Part shown: positions 21,040-33,025 of the stretch, one piece after another
Position numbering within the stretch: the first letter of the stretch is position 1
Layout of the letters: the number at the start of each line of letters is the position of its first letter
Assembly: GCA_964291215.2 (NCBI GenBank)
Contig: OZ219791.1
Span: forward strand, 512,001 to 576,000
DNA from: Alphaproteobacteria bacterium
Lineage (GTDB): Bacteria; Pseudomonadota; Alphaproteobacteria; MPNO01; UBA830
DNA: 64,000 nucleotides
Reading direction: 5' to 3'
The notes under the pieces: model-generated
The model's input: the letters and a program-made list of their open reading frames with translations, nothing else
Database searches by the model: none
Told to the model about the DNA's origin: nothing
Made by a program: the position numbers and the translations under genes

Positions 21040-23733
21040 ATGGTGGCACTTGCGACCCCGGATTCCCTCCTTCGCGAGGTGACGGTGCGCCCGTGGCGCA
21101 CGTGAGCACCGGCTCCGGGACCGCCTGGTGAAGGAGCATCACTACGGACTCTCGCCAAAATAAATTGGTCGTCATGTCCGTGGCGTGAGGGTGTAGTTCC
21201 ACTCGCCGTGGAACGGGTCTCTGCGGATGGCGAGGCCGTCTATCTCATCGTTGCTGACCTTGACCCCGAGCGGATAGCTGTTCTCGTCGAGGTCCGAGCG
21301 TATGGTGAGGCCGGTGGTGGTCGCGGCGATCAGCTTGACGATCACCTGGTAGCTGACGAGGGGCCGGCCGCGCCAGTTCCGGGTGATGTGGCAGAACATC
21401 CGGTGCTCGATCTTGTTCCACTTTCCGGGCGGGAAGTGGGCCACCGACACCTTCAACCCGAGTTCGTCGGCGAGGTGCTGCAGCTTCCACAGCCGGTTGC
21501 GGCTGTTGTTGGAGCCGTCGGCGGTGATCAGCAGGCGCTTGGCATAGAGCAGCCGGCCCATCTGCCGCCACCAGCGGCCTCGACCGCGAACGCCGCCGTG
21601 TCGTGCCCAACGCTGACCCAGCCGGCGTTGGCGGTGAGATCGTAGACCCCGCAGGGGATCCGAGCTCCGGATCGGGGAAGTCATGCACGTTGACGGCTTC
21701 AGGGTCGCCCTTGGGGCCCGGCCGCCATTGCGGTACTGGATTTCCTTCTTCCTGATGTCACCACGGGCTGGCTCAGTCTCCGGAACGCGCGCACCCGGCG
21801 CGTCGGAACTGCGCATCCCGGGCTGGCGGCCTTCCAGCGTCTTGCGATTGGCCTGGAGGCTGTACCCCAGATCGTGGAGCAGCCGGTTCACCGTGCGCTC
21901 GCTGACGCGGTGGCCGCAAGACGGTCCGCCAGCGGCACTGTGACACCGCAGCGGACTCTCCGGATCGCCGCGCGTCATCGGTTCAAGCTCGCGCGCCGCC
22001 ACCAAACCCGGATCCGTTGCGCCCGCCGCCGGGGCGACGCAAACGTCCTGAAGGAATCTCACTCGAAGACTCCGAATCAAGCTCCTCCGGCGCGAACGGT
22101 GCCCATCCCCGTCGCCTCGGCCACTCGCCTCCGCGCCCGATGGGCCTCCGTCGCCGCCCACAGGCGCCGCGCACGTTCGTTCAGAACCGGACGCAACACC
22201 ACAAATTTGGATCGTAGCGTATCGACTATCGCTTCCATGACATCATTAATAGCAGATCCACATCAAAAAACAATCTATTTTGGCGAGAACCCTACCTGCG
22301 ATTTCACGGCATCAAGGGTCTGCGCCATGTCGCCCTGCACGGCGAGACTTGGGTGGTCGGCTGGCGGCACTTCAAGCTTGCTGCACGCGACCGCTGCGGA
22401 GCAGCAGTGCCTGCATCTGATTGCGAACAATTCCCGGTTCGTTGGGGGGATGCCGAACCTGGCGTGCCTTCGACGGCTGGACATCGAGGCCGCGCGTTCC
22501 TCGCGGAGATGTTCGTCAAGCGCTTCGCCGGAACCTGCTATCGCGCGACGAACTGGCGCTCGCTTGACGCTCGGTCGCGAGCGGCTCCGCGCGCTTCCGT
22601 CACCACGGCCAGGAGATCTTCATGTACGAACTGGGACCGCCGGGACGCGATCCCGGAGAGCGCAGCACGACAGTGCCGGGCCTCGGCTGCGCAGCCTGTG
22701 CCTGGGCGAGGTATGCCGCAAGCGCTATCCGCTGAGAACCATTCTCGCGGCTCGCCGGCTACCGCGGCGTGACCGCATTCGCCGCCCTCCAGGAACAGCT
22801 TGCGGCGGTGAACTCGTTCTTCAGCCCGAAGCGCTACACCGCACCCACACCTTCCACACCATCCTCGCTGACCTGCCGCCCGAGACTCTGCCCTGTGGAC
22901 GGCCCGGCAGCAGACACGCCGGCAAGGACATCCGCGGTGCCTCCAGCCGAGAACGCCCGGCGGGTCGCAGCGGTCGAGCACGGATGGTTCTCGGCCAGGC
23001 GAAGAGCAACGAGATCCCCTCGCCAGCAGCATCAACGTCACCGGCCGCATCGTCACCATGGATGCGATGCACGCTCAGCACGAGCGGCGGCTTCTCGAGC
23101 GCCGCATGTCGTCACGGCGATCAGGAATAACCAGGAGACCATACTCGACGACCTCAAGGCCATCGACTTCGAGGGCTCGTTCGAAACCCTCGACAAGGGC
23201 GCATCGAGCGCCGCCGCCGTGGTCGACATCTCCGGCGCCGAGCGGGACCGCTGCGCTGCTCTCCACGGTCGCCGCCAAGCCATCCGCATCAAGCGCGAGA
23301 TCTGCAAGACCAAAGAGAGCAGTGTCGAGACCACCTGGTACCTCACCTCGCTCGGCCCCGAACGCCCCGAGATGCTTCTGGCGCGCGGGTCATGGAAAAT
23401 CGACTCCGCTACGTACGCGATTTCACCTGCGACGAAGACCGCTGCAGGGTGCGCCGCGCAACCTCTTGACAAACGCCGCCATCGTGCGCTGCGGTGGACA
23501 CTTCATGCCCGAGGCCAACCGGCACTACGCCGCCCGCGCCCGGGACGCGCTCGACGCCATCCTCATCCCGCAGATAAACCTTCGCCCCTGGCCCCGCGCC
23601 ACAAGCCGGGAACGCGCCGACGCAACAGGACAGCTCTGCTCGAACACTCGAAAAAGCGTGCCCGGCCTGATGCACCAGCCACTGAAACCAGCCCACAGTA
23701 AACCCAAGGTGCCTCAACCATGCCAGGTCCCTG
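21040..23733 (+). mobile_element. Second lineage of DUF4338-ISAs1 element, degenerate and split by ISAzo13
   Basis: LLREVTVRP..RLVKEHHY | YLRFHGIKGLRHVA..LHLIANNSRF..FAGTCYRATNW, then ISAs1 motifs GKDIRG, KSNEIP, IVTMDAMH. Element boundaries are approximate. Confidence 0.7.
21146..22292 (-). mobile_element. ISAzo13-family element, degenerate
   Basis: TIR GGACTCTCGCCAAAATA / TATTTTGGCGAGAACCC, 3-bp TSD TAC; KWNKIEHRMFCHITRNWRGRPL..FHGEWNY. Confidence 0.85.
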
Positions 23734-23992
23734 TCACATCAGCAATCCACAGGCCCGACAAAAGAATAGTCCTGCCTGTCGCTCGGGCGGCGCATCATGT
23801 GAAGCGGAGCCATCTGTACCCCGTGACGCGGTATCATATTGATCTGTTGGGCAGCGTCGGCGACGCCGGAACGGCGGCATGCGGTCCACGGGATCCTTTC
23901 CTGCCCGAACCGTGTCGGCCAAGTATGCAGTGGTATTCGTAGAGCCGAGTCGGCAAACTGTATCCACGTTGGCGGCCAAGGATTCAGGCTAT

Positions 23993-25527
<1,535 letters not shown>

Positions 25528-25531
<4 letters not shown>

Positions 25532-26060
25532 CGATGGCCTCTTCCCATCCTTTGCATGCGCTGGGAGACATGTCGGTAAACCAAGGCGCGCGGCACCTTC
25601 CAGTGAAGGCTGTTTTCAGACAGCCTTACCCTTGCCATGATCTGCGAAGGGTTGTCGATAACGATATCGTCGATGACAACGGGAGAGACTTCGCCGGGGC
25701 CGCGCTGAGGCTGCCGCCCGACTTTATCGCCGATGCCCGGGCGCTGGCGGACATGATCGAGGCGGCACCGGATGACTGACCGGCTGCATCTCCAGCCGAA
25801 GCATCGCGAGGCGCTGTTGAGGGAACATCTGCCCGATGTCGAGGTGTGGGCCTATGGCAGCCGTGTCAACGGGCGCAGCCATGACGGCAGCGATCTCGAT
25901 CTGGTGCTGTGCGGGCCAGAATTGATTCCGGTGGGCAATGTGGCGCACGCCTGTGTCATACAACGGTTGCTGAGGCTCATAATCTTGCCGAAACTGATCG
26001 ACCAATCGGCCTGCCGCTCATGGATGAGCCGCAACGGGTCTGCGCACCGGGGACGGAGCA
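25528..26060 (+). pseudogene. Mosaic of remnants: hsdS-like start, HEPN tail, MNT N-terminus, hsdS-like tail
   Basis: 25716-25919 duplicates 26430-26642. LGDMSVN..LPVK..PYP resembles a TRD start and LRLIILPKLI resembles an HsdS C-terminus. Confidence 0.55.
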
Positions 26061-26067
26061 GCGGGGC

Positions 26068-26493
26068 ATGAGCATCGATACCACCTTCTTGCGGCGCTGC
26101 ATCGGAACGCTGGAGACAGCTTTCGGCGAGATCGACAACCAGCGCGCGACGGACGATTTCATGTATGACATCTATCGCGCCGCCTGCGTGAAGGAGTTCG
26201 AGCTGGTGTTGGAGCAGAGCGGCAAACTGTTACGTAAGCGGCTTGCCGCCTTCTTCGCCAGCAACAGACAGGCGGACCGGCTTGCCTTCAAGGACCTGTT
26301 CCGCCACGCCGCCCGGCACGGACTGATCGAAGCCGTCGCGGCGGAACGCTGGTTCAGCTATCGCGACAACCGCAACGATACCGCGCACGACTACGGCGCA
26401 GGCTTCGCCGAGGCCACGCTCAAGTTGTTGCCCGACTTTATCGCCGATGCCCGGGCGCTGGCGGACATGATCGAGGCGGCGCCGGATGACTGA
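26068..26493 (+). CDS. HEPN / nucleotidyltransferase substrate-binding protein (HI0074-like)
   Basis: ACVKEFELVLEQ..FKDLFR..RDNRNDTAHDY (RxxxxH). Confidence 0.82.
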   Translation: MSIDTTFLRRCIGTLETAFGEIDNQRATDDFMYDIYRAACVKEFELVLEQSGKLLRKRLAAFFASNRQADRLAFKDLFRHAARHGLIEAVAAERWFSYRDNRNDTAHDYGAGFAEATLKLLPDFIADARALADMIEAAPDD

Positions 26494-27640
26494 CCGGTTG
26501 CATCTTGAGCCGAAGCACCGCCAGGTGCTGACAGCCCTGCTGCGGGAGCATTTGCCCGATGTCGAGGTATGGGCCTATGGCAGCCGCGTCAACGGGCGCA
26601 GCCATGACGGCAGTGATCTCGATCTGGTGCTGCGCGGGCCAGGACAGGGGGAGATCCCGGCCGACAAGTTGGCGGACTTCGAGGAGGCGGTGCGGGAATC
26701 GACCATTCCCTTCTTGGTCGAGGCCCGCGACTGGGCGCGCCTGCCGGAGCGGTTTCACCGGGAGATCGAGCGAGATCATGTGGTACTGGCTGATGCGGGG
26801 CGTTCTTCCATTACGTTTGGAACCGCGATATTGGGCAAAGTCACCAAGCCAACTCTGAGTAGTGTCGACAAAAAAAGTAAGAATTGAGAATTTACTGTAT
26901 CACTTTGCAACTATATGGATGTCTATTCAAGGAGCTTCATCCAAGCTGATATTCCATTCATGACGGCGACTGCTACAAGGAAAGAGATTGAACGGTGCAG
27001 ATTACAAACCGACGATGTCATTATTACTAAAGACTTGGAAAAACATGATGACATTGGAGTTCCCGCACTTGTCCGTGAGAATATCAAAGGGCTTGTGTGT
27101 GGGTATCACCTCGCGATTCTTCGCCCATCAAAAGATGAACTTCATGGACCTTATCTGTACTACGCACTTCAAACCGGAGAGGCTCGGCACCAATTTCACA
27201 CCTTCGCCAACGGTGTGACAAGATTTGGCCTGCGTAAAGACGATATTTTTCGTGTCAAGGTTCCCCTCCCTCCCCTCCCGAGCAGCGAGCGATTGCGGGC
27301 CTCCTCGGCGCGCTGGACGACAAGATCGAACTGAACCGGCGGATGAACCGGACGCTGGAGGCGATGGCGCGGGCGATCTTCCAGGACTGGTTCGTCGATT
27401 TCGGGCCGGTCCGGGCGAAGAGGGAAGGGCGTGCGCCCTATCTGTCTCCCGAAATATGGAAACTGTTTCCTGATGCGCCGGACGGCGAGGGCATTCCTTT
27501 CGGTTGGGAAGTTTCAGCAATCGGTAGAGAAGTCAATACTGTCGGAGGTGCTACCCCGAGCACGAAGGATCCCTCGTTTTGGGAAGGCGGCGAGTTCCAT
27601 TGGGCCACACCAAAGGATCTGTCGAAATTGTTGTCGCCGG
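26486..27640 (+). pseudogene. hsdS: Minimal nucleotidyltransferase (MNT) fused to type I HsdS; nonsense codon, frameshift and IS66 truncation
   Basis: YGSR..DGSDLDL MNT motif. TGA at 26885 is in frame with the HsdS-like TRD (VDKKSKN*EFTVSLCNYMDVY). Frameshift near 27280 restores [29 protein letters not shown]. Confidence 0.78.
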
Positions 27641-29195
27641 GTAACTGCTCACCCCCTGGTTCCGGCTTGATGTCGGGGTAGAGTAACGAACGGGTTTACG
27701 TGGAGATTTGACACTGCAGGCCGATTCGTTTAGTGGTGGTAATCGAGAACGACGGGGACCGCCAGTGGGCTACTTTGGATCGAAGGCGACGAGCGGGCTG
27801 TGCCAGCTGCTTCCGGGGCTCCAGCCCCCGCATGATCTGTATGTGGAAACGCATCTCGGAAGCGGCGCGCTAATGAAGCGCAAGGCCGGGTGATGGCGAC
27901 GGTCAACGCGGCGCGCGAGGAGTTCGAAGCGGCCAGGATCGCGGCGCTGCGTGCGGCCGGCAAGGTGGCGGAAGAGGCCGTCATCCGCGTCCTCGTCATC
28001 CTGCTCGACATCATCATCGTCGTCCTTCTGGAGAAGACCACGCACGAGCCGGAACTCCGGTCTGCCGCCGTCACAGACGGACAAGAGCGTGCCGGGAGCA
28101 ACGGCAAGGGCCCGAAGCCGAACCGGCAGATGGGCGACAACCTGCGCAAGACCATCGTCGAGGAGACGGTCGCGGTCGATGTCTGCGACGCCTGCGGCGC
28201 TGACGGCGTCGACCCCGTCGATCGGGAGCGCCGCACGACATCGTGTTCGAGGTCGTCGAGCGCCGCGCCGAGATCAAGGAATGCCCGAAGTGCAAGGCCC
28301 GGACCAAGGGCCGGTTTCCCGACAACATCCCGTGCAGTACGGCATCGGCATTCAGGCCCTCGTCATCAACCTGCTGGTCGCCCAGATGCTGTCCCTGCGC
28401 CGTGCCGTCGCGTTCGTGCAGGCGATCTCCGGCATCAAGCTCTCCGAGGCAACCTGCCTCGGCTATGCTTTCACGATGCGCTCGTGTCATGGGAGGAGGC
28501 CGCCGTGGCGCACCTCCTGCAACGCCCGATGTCGATGATTTCGGATCAACAGTAAGTGGCTCCATGTCGTGGGACCCTGACGTGCAAGTTCCCGCACCGC
28601 AAGCGCGGCCGGGAGGCAAGAGATCGGCATCATCCCGTGCTACAAGGGCGTCCTGGGCCTCGTACATGGGCCAGTGTAGCCACCAGCTGTGCGGCAGCCA
28701 CCTGCTGCGCGAACTGACCTTTGTCGTCGAGGCTACCGCGCGACTGATGAAGAGCCTGCTCCCTGCCACAAGGTCAACAAAAGCGCATCCAAGACCCTGA
28801 ACGACGCCGGGCGCAAGCGCTACCGCACCATCAGGGCGCCAGGGAACTGCCCGATATCCCGCCGAAAGGAAAACGTGGACGCAAGTCCGACGCGCACAAC
28901 CTGCACGAACGTCTCGTGAAACACGAAAACCTGCGCTTCACAGACGACCCCAACGTCAGCTTCACCAACAATGCCGGAGAACAGAAGATCAGGATGGCAA
29001 AGGTCAAGCTCAAGGTGTCTGGATGCTTCCGCTCCACGCAAAAGCATGGTGCCGGGGCTCAAGCTACCTCACCTCCATGGCCGCACTCGGCTACAACCCA
29101 CTCGTCGCCACCCAGATCGCCCTCGACGGAAAAGCCGCAGACATCATCAACGAGCACTATGGCCAATCAGAACCCAACAAGGGGTGAGTAGATAC
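27641..29195 (+). mobile_element. IS66-family (single-ORF type) element, degenerate, copy 1
   Basis: TIR GTAACTGCTCACCCC / GGGGTGAGTAGATAC; CPKC, HQLCGSHLLREL, FTNNAGEQKIRMAKVK. No TSD, implying an adjacent deletion. Confidence 0.85.
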
Positions 29196-29579
29196 GTTCC
29201 GTCAATCTCCTTCAGACCCCGTCAAATCGTCGAACGCGCAACTCCGTGAGATCCGAGACCTGCGTAATTCCGCTGCGCCCAAGACACTGCGCCTCAACCG
29301 CCGCGAGCAACCGGCGACTCCTTTCGTCAAGATGAGGAGGAAGGACTGCAAACCGGTGCCTTATGCTCTCTGCCTGTTCCATGCACCGAAGATAAACATC
29401 CCAACAACGCCGGAGAATCCGCCGACAACCAAACTGACCGACAAATCATCCCCGAAAGACCTCAGCACCAACCAGCCGAAGCCAGCAGACTGACCCGTCA
29501 GCAAACGCTCAACCAAAACCACCGGACAGACAAAACGCCACCGCAAACAACATGGATTCGATTATTTAGTGACTAACCC
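29196..29579 (-). mobile_element. ISAzo13-family 5' fragment
   Basis: End GGGTTAGTCACTAAATAAT; IRHRFAVLPPHLDERSRRLLAAVEA. Confidence 0.65.
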
Positions 29580-29661
29580 TTAGCATGGGATCACCGTGGA
29601 GCATGCGCGACGAGCCGCAGCAGCGGCGCGTCGGAGTTCATAAAGCAAAGAGGCTTGCCGG

Positions 29662-30849
29662 GTGTCGCATCAACCGTTGCCGCTCAGCCGTTTCAGAGTG
29701 CTTGATCTCACCCGGGTGCGCGCGGGCCCGACCTGCGTCAGGCAGCTGGCCGACTGGGGCGCGGACTGCATCATGGTCGAACAGCCGCAAACGCCGGGCG
29801 CGCCGGAAGGAATCACCGGCGCCCGCGGCGGGCCCGATTTCCAGAATCTTCACCGCAACAAGCGGTCGATGACCCTGAATCTCAAGACGCTCGTGGGCCG
29901 GGAGATCTTTCACCGGCTGGTGAAGGATGCCGATGTCGTCGTCGAAAACTACCGACCCGACGTCAAGCACCGGCTCGGCCTCGACTATGAGAGCCTGAAG
30001 GCGATCAATCCGGGGATCGTGCTCGGGTCGATTTCCGGCTTCGGGCAGGACGGGCCCTACGCGAAGCGTCCCGGCGTCGACCAGATCGCCCAGGGTCTCG
30101 GAGGCCTGATGTCGATCACCGGACTGCCGGGCCAGGGCCCGGTGCGGGCCGGCACGGCGATCGCCGATCTGTCCGCGGGCCTCTATTGCGCGATCGGCAT
30201 ACTGGTCGCGCTTCTTGAGAGGGAGGTCTCGAGAGAGGGCCAGTGGGTTCACACCTCGCTTCTTGAGGCGCAGATTTCCATGCTCGACTTCCAGGCGGCG
30301 CGCTGGCTGCTCGGCGGGGAGGTCCCGTCGCAGGCCGGCAATAACCATCCGACCTCGATACCGACCGGCGTCTTTCCGTGCAGCGACGGCCACCTCAACA
30401 TCGCAGCGGGAGGCCAGAGCTTGTTCGAGCGCCTCTGCGCCGCCCTCGGGGCCGAGGATCTCGCCGCCAATCCGGACTACGCGACGGGCGAGTTGCGCCT
30501 GCGCAACCGGGATCGGCTGAATGACGAGATCGGCGAACACACGAAGCGCCGGACCAGCGCCGAATGGATCGATCTGTTCAACGATGCCGGTGTGCCATGC
30601 GGCCCCATACATACCATCGACAGGATGTTCGAGGACCCCCAAGTCAGGCATCTGGGCATGGCTGCTCCGGTGCATTCACCCGCACGGGGGGACATGCACG
30701 TTGTCGGCCAGGCCGTCAACATGAGCCGCGCATCGCGGGAGATCCGCAGCGCGACGCCGGAACGGAGCCAGCACACAGCCGACATTCTGGCGTCTCTGGG
30801 CTATTCCGCAGAGGCGATCGCAGGATTCCGCGCCGACGGTGTGGTATAG
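29662..30849 (+). CDS. CaiB/BaiF class III CoA-transferase
   Basis: VLDLTRVRAGP, RNKRS, ENYRP, SGFGQDGPY. Confidence 0.92.
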   Translation: MSHQPLPLSRFRVLDLTRVRAGPTCVRQLADWGADCIMVEQPQTPGAPEGITGARGGPDFQNLHRNKRSMTLNLKTLVGREIFHRLVKDADVVVENYRPDVKHRLGLDYESLKAINPGIVLGSISGFGQDGPYAKRPGVDQIAQGLGGLMSITGLPGQGPVRAGTAIADLSAGLYCAIGILVALLEREVSREGQWVHTSLLEAQISMLDFQAARWLLGGEVPSQAGNNHPTSIPTGVFPCSDGHLNIAAGGQSLFERLCAALGAEDLAANPDYATGELRLRNRDRLNDEIGEHTKRRTSAEWIDLFNDAGVPCGPIHTIDRMFEDPQVRHLGMAAPVHSPARGDMHVVGQAVNMSRASREIRSATPERSQHTADILASLGYSAEAIAGFRADGVV

Positions 30850-30882
30850 GAGCCGCGCCGGAACAACCGTCGGACACAAGCC

Positions 30883-31692
30883 ATGAGCAACGGTGAAGAG
30901 GCCGCGGCCACTGGACGCATGATCGCCCGCAAGGACGGCAATATCGGCTGGATGATCTACGACCATCAGGCGCGGCACAACGCGGTTACCTACGACATGC
31001 GGCGCGCGATCCCGGGCATCCTCGCCGATTTCGAGGCCGACGATGCCGTGCGGGCGGTAGTGCTGGCGGGGGCCGGAGACACGGCTTTCATTTCCGGTTC
31101 CGACATCTCGCAATTCGAGACCCGGCGCTCGTCGGAAGAGGCGCGGCGGATCTACGACGAGGTCTCCGCCCGGGCCGGCGCCGTAATGGCCGCCTTTCCC
31201 AAACCGATGATCGCGATGGTTCAGGGCTATTGCCTGGGGGCCGGCGTCATGACGGCCATGCATGCGGATATTCGCATCGCCGCCGACAATGCGCGTTTCG
31301 GCGTACCGGCAGCAAGGCTGGGGCTGGGATTTAGCTACGGCGCCGTCCGGGAGCTGATGAATCTCGTCGGACCGGCCTGTGCGGCCGAGATGCTGTTCAC
31401 GGGGAAGAGATACTCGGCCGGAGAAGCGCTGAAGATGGGGCTCGTCAACGACGTGGTGGCAATGGCGGATCTGAAGGATGCCGCTATCGGCATGGCGCGG
31501 ACCATCGCCGCCAACGCGCCGCTGACGCTGCGCTCGATCAAGACCTCGATCCGAGCCGCGCTCGCCGATGACGGCGAATGCGACATGGAACGGGTCCGGG
31601 CCGAGATCGAGGCCTGCTTCGCCAGCGAGGATTACGCCGAGGGCCGCAAGGCATTCATGGAAAAGCGCCGGCCGATGTTCAGGGGCAGGTAA
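30883..31692 (+). CDS. Enoyl-CoA hydratase/isomerase family protein
   Basis: FISGSDISQF, KPMIAMVQGYCLGAG, SEDYAEGRKAFMEKR. Confidence 0.9.
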   Translation: MSNGEEAAATGRMIARKDGNIGWMIYDHQARHNAVTYDMRRAIPGILADFEADDAVRAVVLAGAGDTAFISGSDISQFETRRSSEEARRIYDEVSARAGAVMAAFPKPMIAMVQGYCLGAGVMTAMHADIRIAADNARFGVPAARLGLGFSYGAVRELMNLVGPACAAEMLFTGKRYSAGEALKMGLVNDVVAMADLKDAAIGMARTIAANAPLTLRSIKTSIRAALADDGECDMERVRAEIEACFASEDYAEGRKAFMEKRRPMFRGR

Positions 31693-31906
31693 CGTGCGGC
31701 AGCGGGCGGCCGGGGAGCGCTTCGGCCGGTTCGCCGAGCGCTCGCGGTCCCGGAATGGCGCTGCGCCAAGCACCTGCCGAATGGCCGCGGGCATGCAGAA
31801 AATCAGATGAACCCGCCTGTTCCTGCGCCGCAGTGCAGCTTGCATTGTCGCGGCCATGACGGCATAAATGGCGCGATCGTCACATTGGCGGATTGGAGGA
31901 GTTCCC

Positions 31907-32089
31907 GTGACTCGCAACGCAACACTGATCGCCCGGCCGAAATCCACGCGAGCCGGCATCGCTGTTCCGGCGGCCGTGGCCATCCTGTTCGGCGTCTTTC
32001 TCGTACTTGGTGCCGGTTTTTCCCATTCCGACGCCATCCACAATGCCGCGCATGACAGCCGCCATGCCTTTGCCTTTCCCTGCCACTAG
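31907..32089 (+). CDS. cbtB: Cobalt transporter subunit CbtB
   Basis: One TM helix followed by HNAAHDSRHAFAFPCH. Confidence 0.9.
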   Translation: MTRNATLIARPKSTRAGIAVPAAVAILFGVFLVLGAGFSHSDAIHNAAHDSRHAFAFPCH

Positions 32090-32101
32090 GACCCACGAGC
32101 C

Positions 32102-32989
32102 GTGTATCGCAGGATTTTCGCAACGGCCTTGATCGCCGGCCTTCTGGCAGGCCTCGGCATCACGGCAATCCAGGAAGTAACGACCACGCCCCTCATCCGC
32201 CACGCGGAAAAATTCGAAACCGCCGCGCCGGATTCGCCGCACCGGCACGGTGCGCTTGAACGCCGCCTCAGCCTGACGCGGGAAGCGCACGGCCACGACA
32301 CCCTCTCCCCCCATGCGCATTTCACCGGCGAGGCCCAGGCCCACGAGACCCTTTCCCCTCATGCGCATTTCGCCAGCGAGGCCCGGAGCCACGAGACCGC
32401 AGCGCCTCATCTGCATGCCGCCGGACGAGCCCGGGCGCATGACAGCAGCTCCGAAGCCGGCGGCAGCTATCCGGGCTCGGACACCGCAGAGTCGGGAACC
32501 GGCATCGGACCCATCTTTTACACCGCGATGGCCAACGTGCTCACGGCCATCGGCTTCGCCCTGGTACTCGTCGCCTGCTTCGCTCTGGCCGGACGGCCAG
32601 TAAGCGGCCGCGAAGGCGTGCTCTGGGGAATCGCGGGCTTCACCGTCGCAAGTCTCGCGCCCGCTCTCGGTCTTCCTCCGGAAGTCCCCGGTGCGATGGC
32701 CGCGGAACTGGGCGCCCGGCAGGGATGGTGGCTGTTGTGCGCCGTCGCCACGGCCAGCGGGCTCTGGCTCTTGGTGTTCCGCCGGAGCCCACCTTGGATG
32801 ATTGCGGGTTTGGCGCTTCTCGTGATGCCACATCTCGTCGGCGCACCGCAACCCCTGGAACTCGGCGGTTCGGCGCCGCCCGAGATCGCGGCCCATTTCG
32901 TTGCCGCCTCGCTAGTCACCGCCGCGGTATTCTGGACCGGGCTCGGCTGGCTCGCCGGCACCTTCTGGAACCGCCTGGCACCACGTTAG
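32102..32989 (+). CDS. cbtA: Cobalt transporter subunit CbtA with His-rich repeat insert
   Basis: PLIRHAEKFE, PALGLPPEVPG, RQGWW, PHLVGAPQP. Confidence 0.9.
   Translation: MYRRIFATALIAGLLAGLGITAIQEVTTTPLIRHAEKFETAAPDSPHRHGALERRLSLTREAHGHDTLSPHAHFTGEAQAHETLSPHAHFASEARSHETAAPHLHAAGRARAHDSSSEAGGSYPGSDTAESGTGIGPIFYTAMANVLTAIGFALVLVACFALAGRPVSGREGVLWGIAGFTVASLAPALGLPPEVPGAMAAELGARQGWWLLCAVATASGLWLLVFRRSPPWMIAGLALLVMPHLVGAPQPLELGGSAPPEIAAHFVAASLVTAAVFWTGLGWLAGTFWNRLAPR
32294..32440 (+). repeat. Three in-frame 48-bp tandem repeats in cbtA
   Basis: HDTLSPHAHFTGEAQA / HETLSPHAHFASEARS / HETAAPHLHAAGRARA, starting at 32294, 32342 and 32390. Confidence 0.85.
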
Positions 32990-33025
32990 CGCGTTGGCGG
33001 AGGACGGTTCAGTCCGCGTCCTAAA

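Noticed and set aside
23879-23992. N-terminal extension of HsdM given in the ORF track
   Set aside because: Homology-like sequence starts at the ATG at 23993; the upstream stretch is likely non-coding or a remnant.
31692-31906. Cobalamin riboswitch upstream of cbtB (also sought upstream of cobW)
   Set aside because: No recognisable B12-box (GGGAA..GGTG..GCCCCCGCAACTGT..GCCAG) motifs by eye; a covariance-model search is needed to exclude it.
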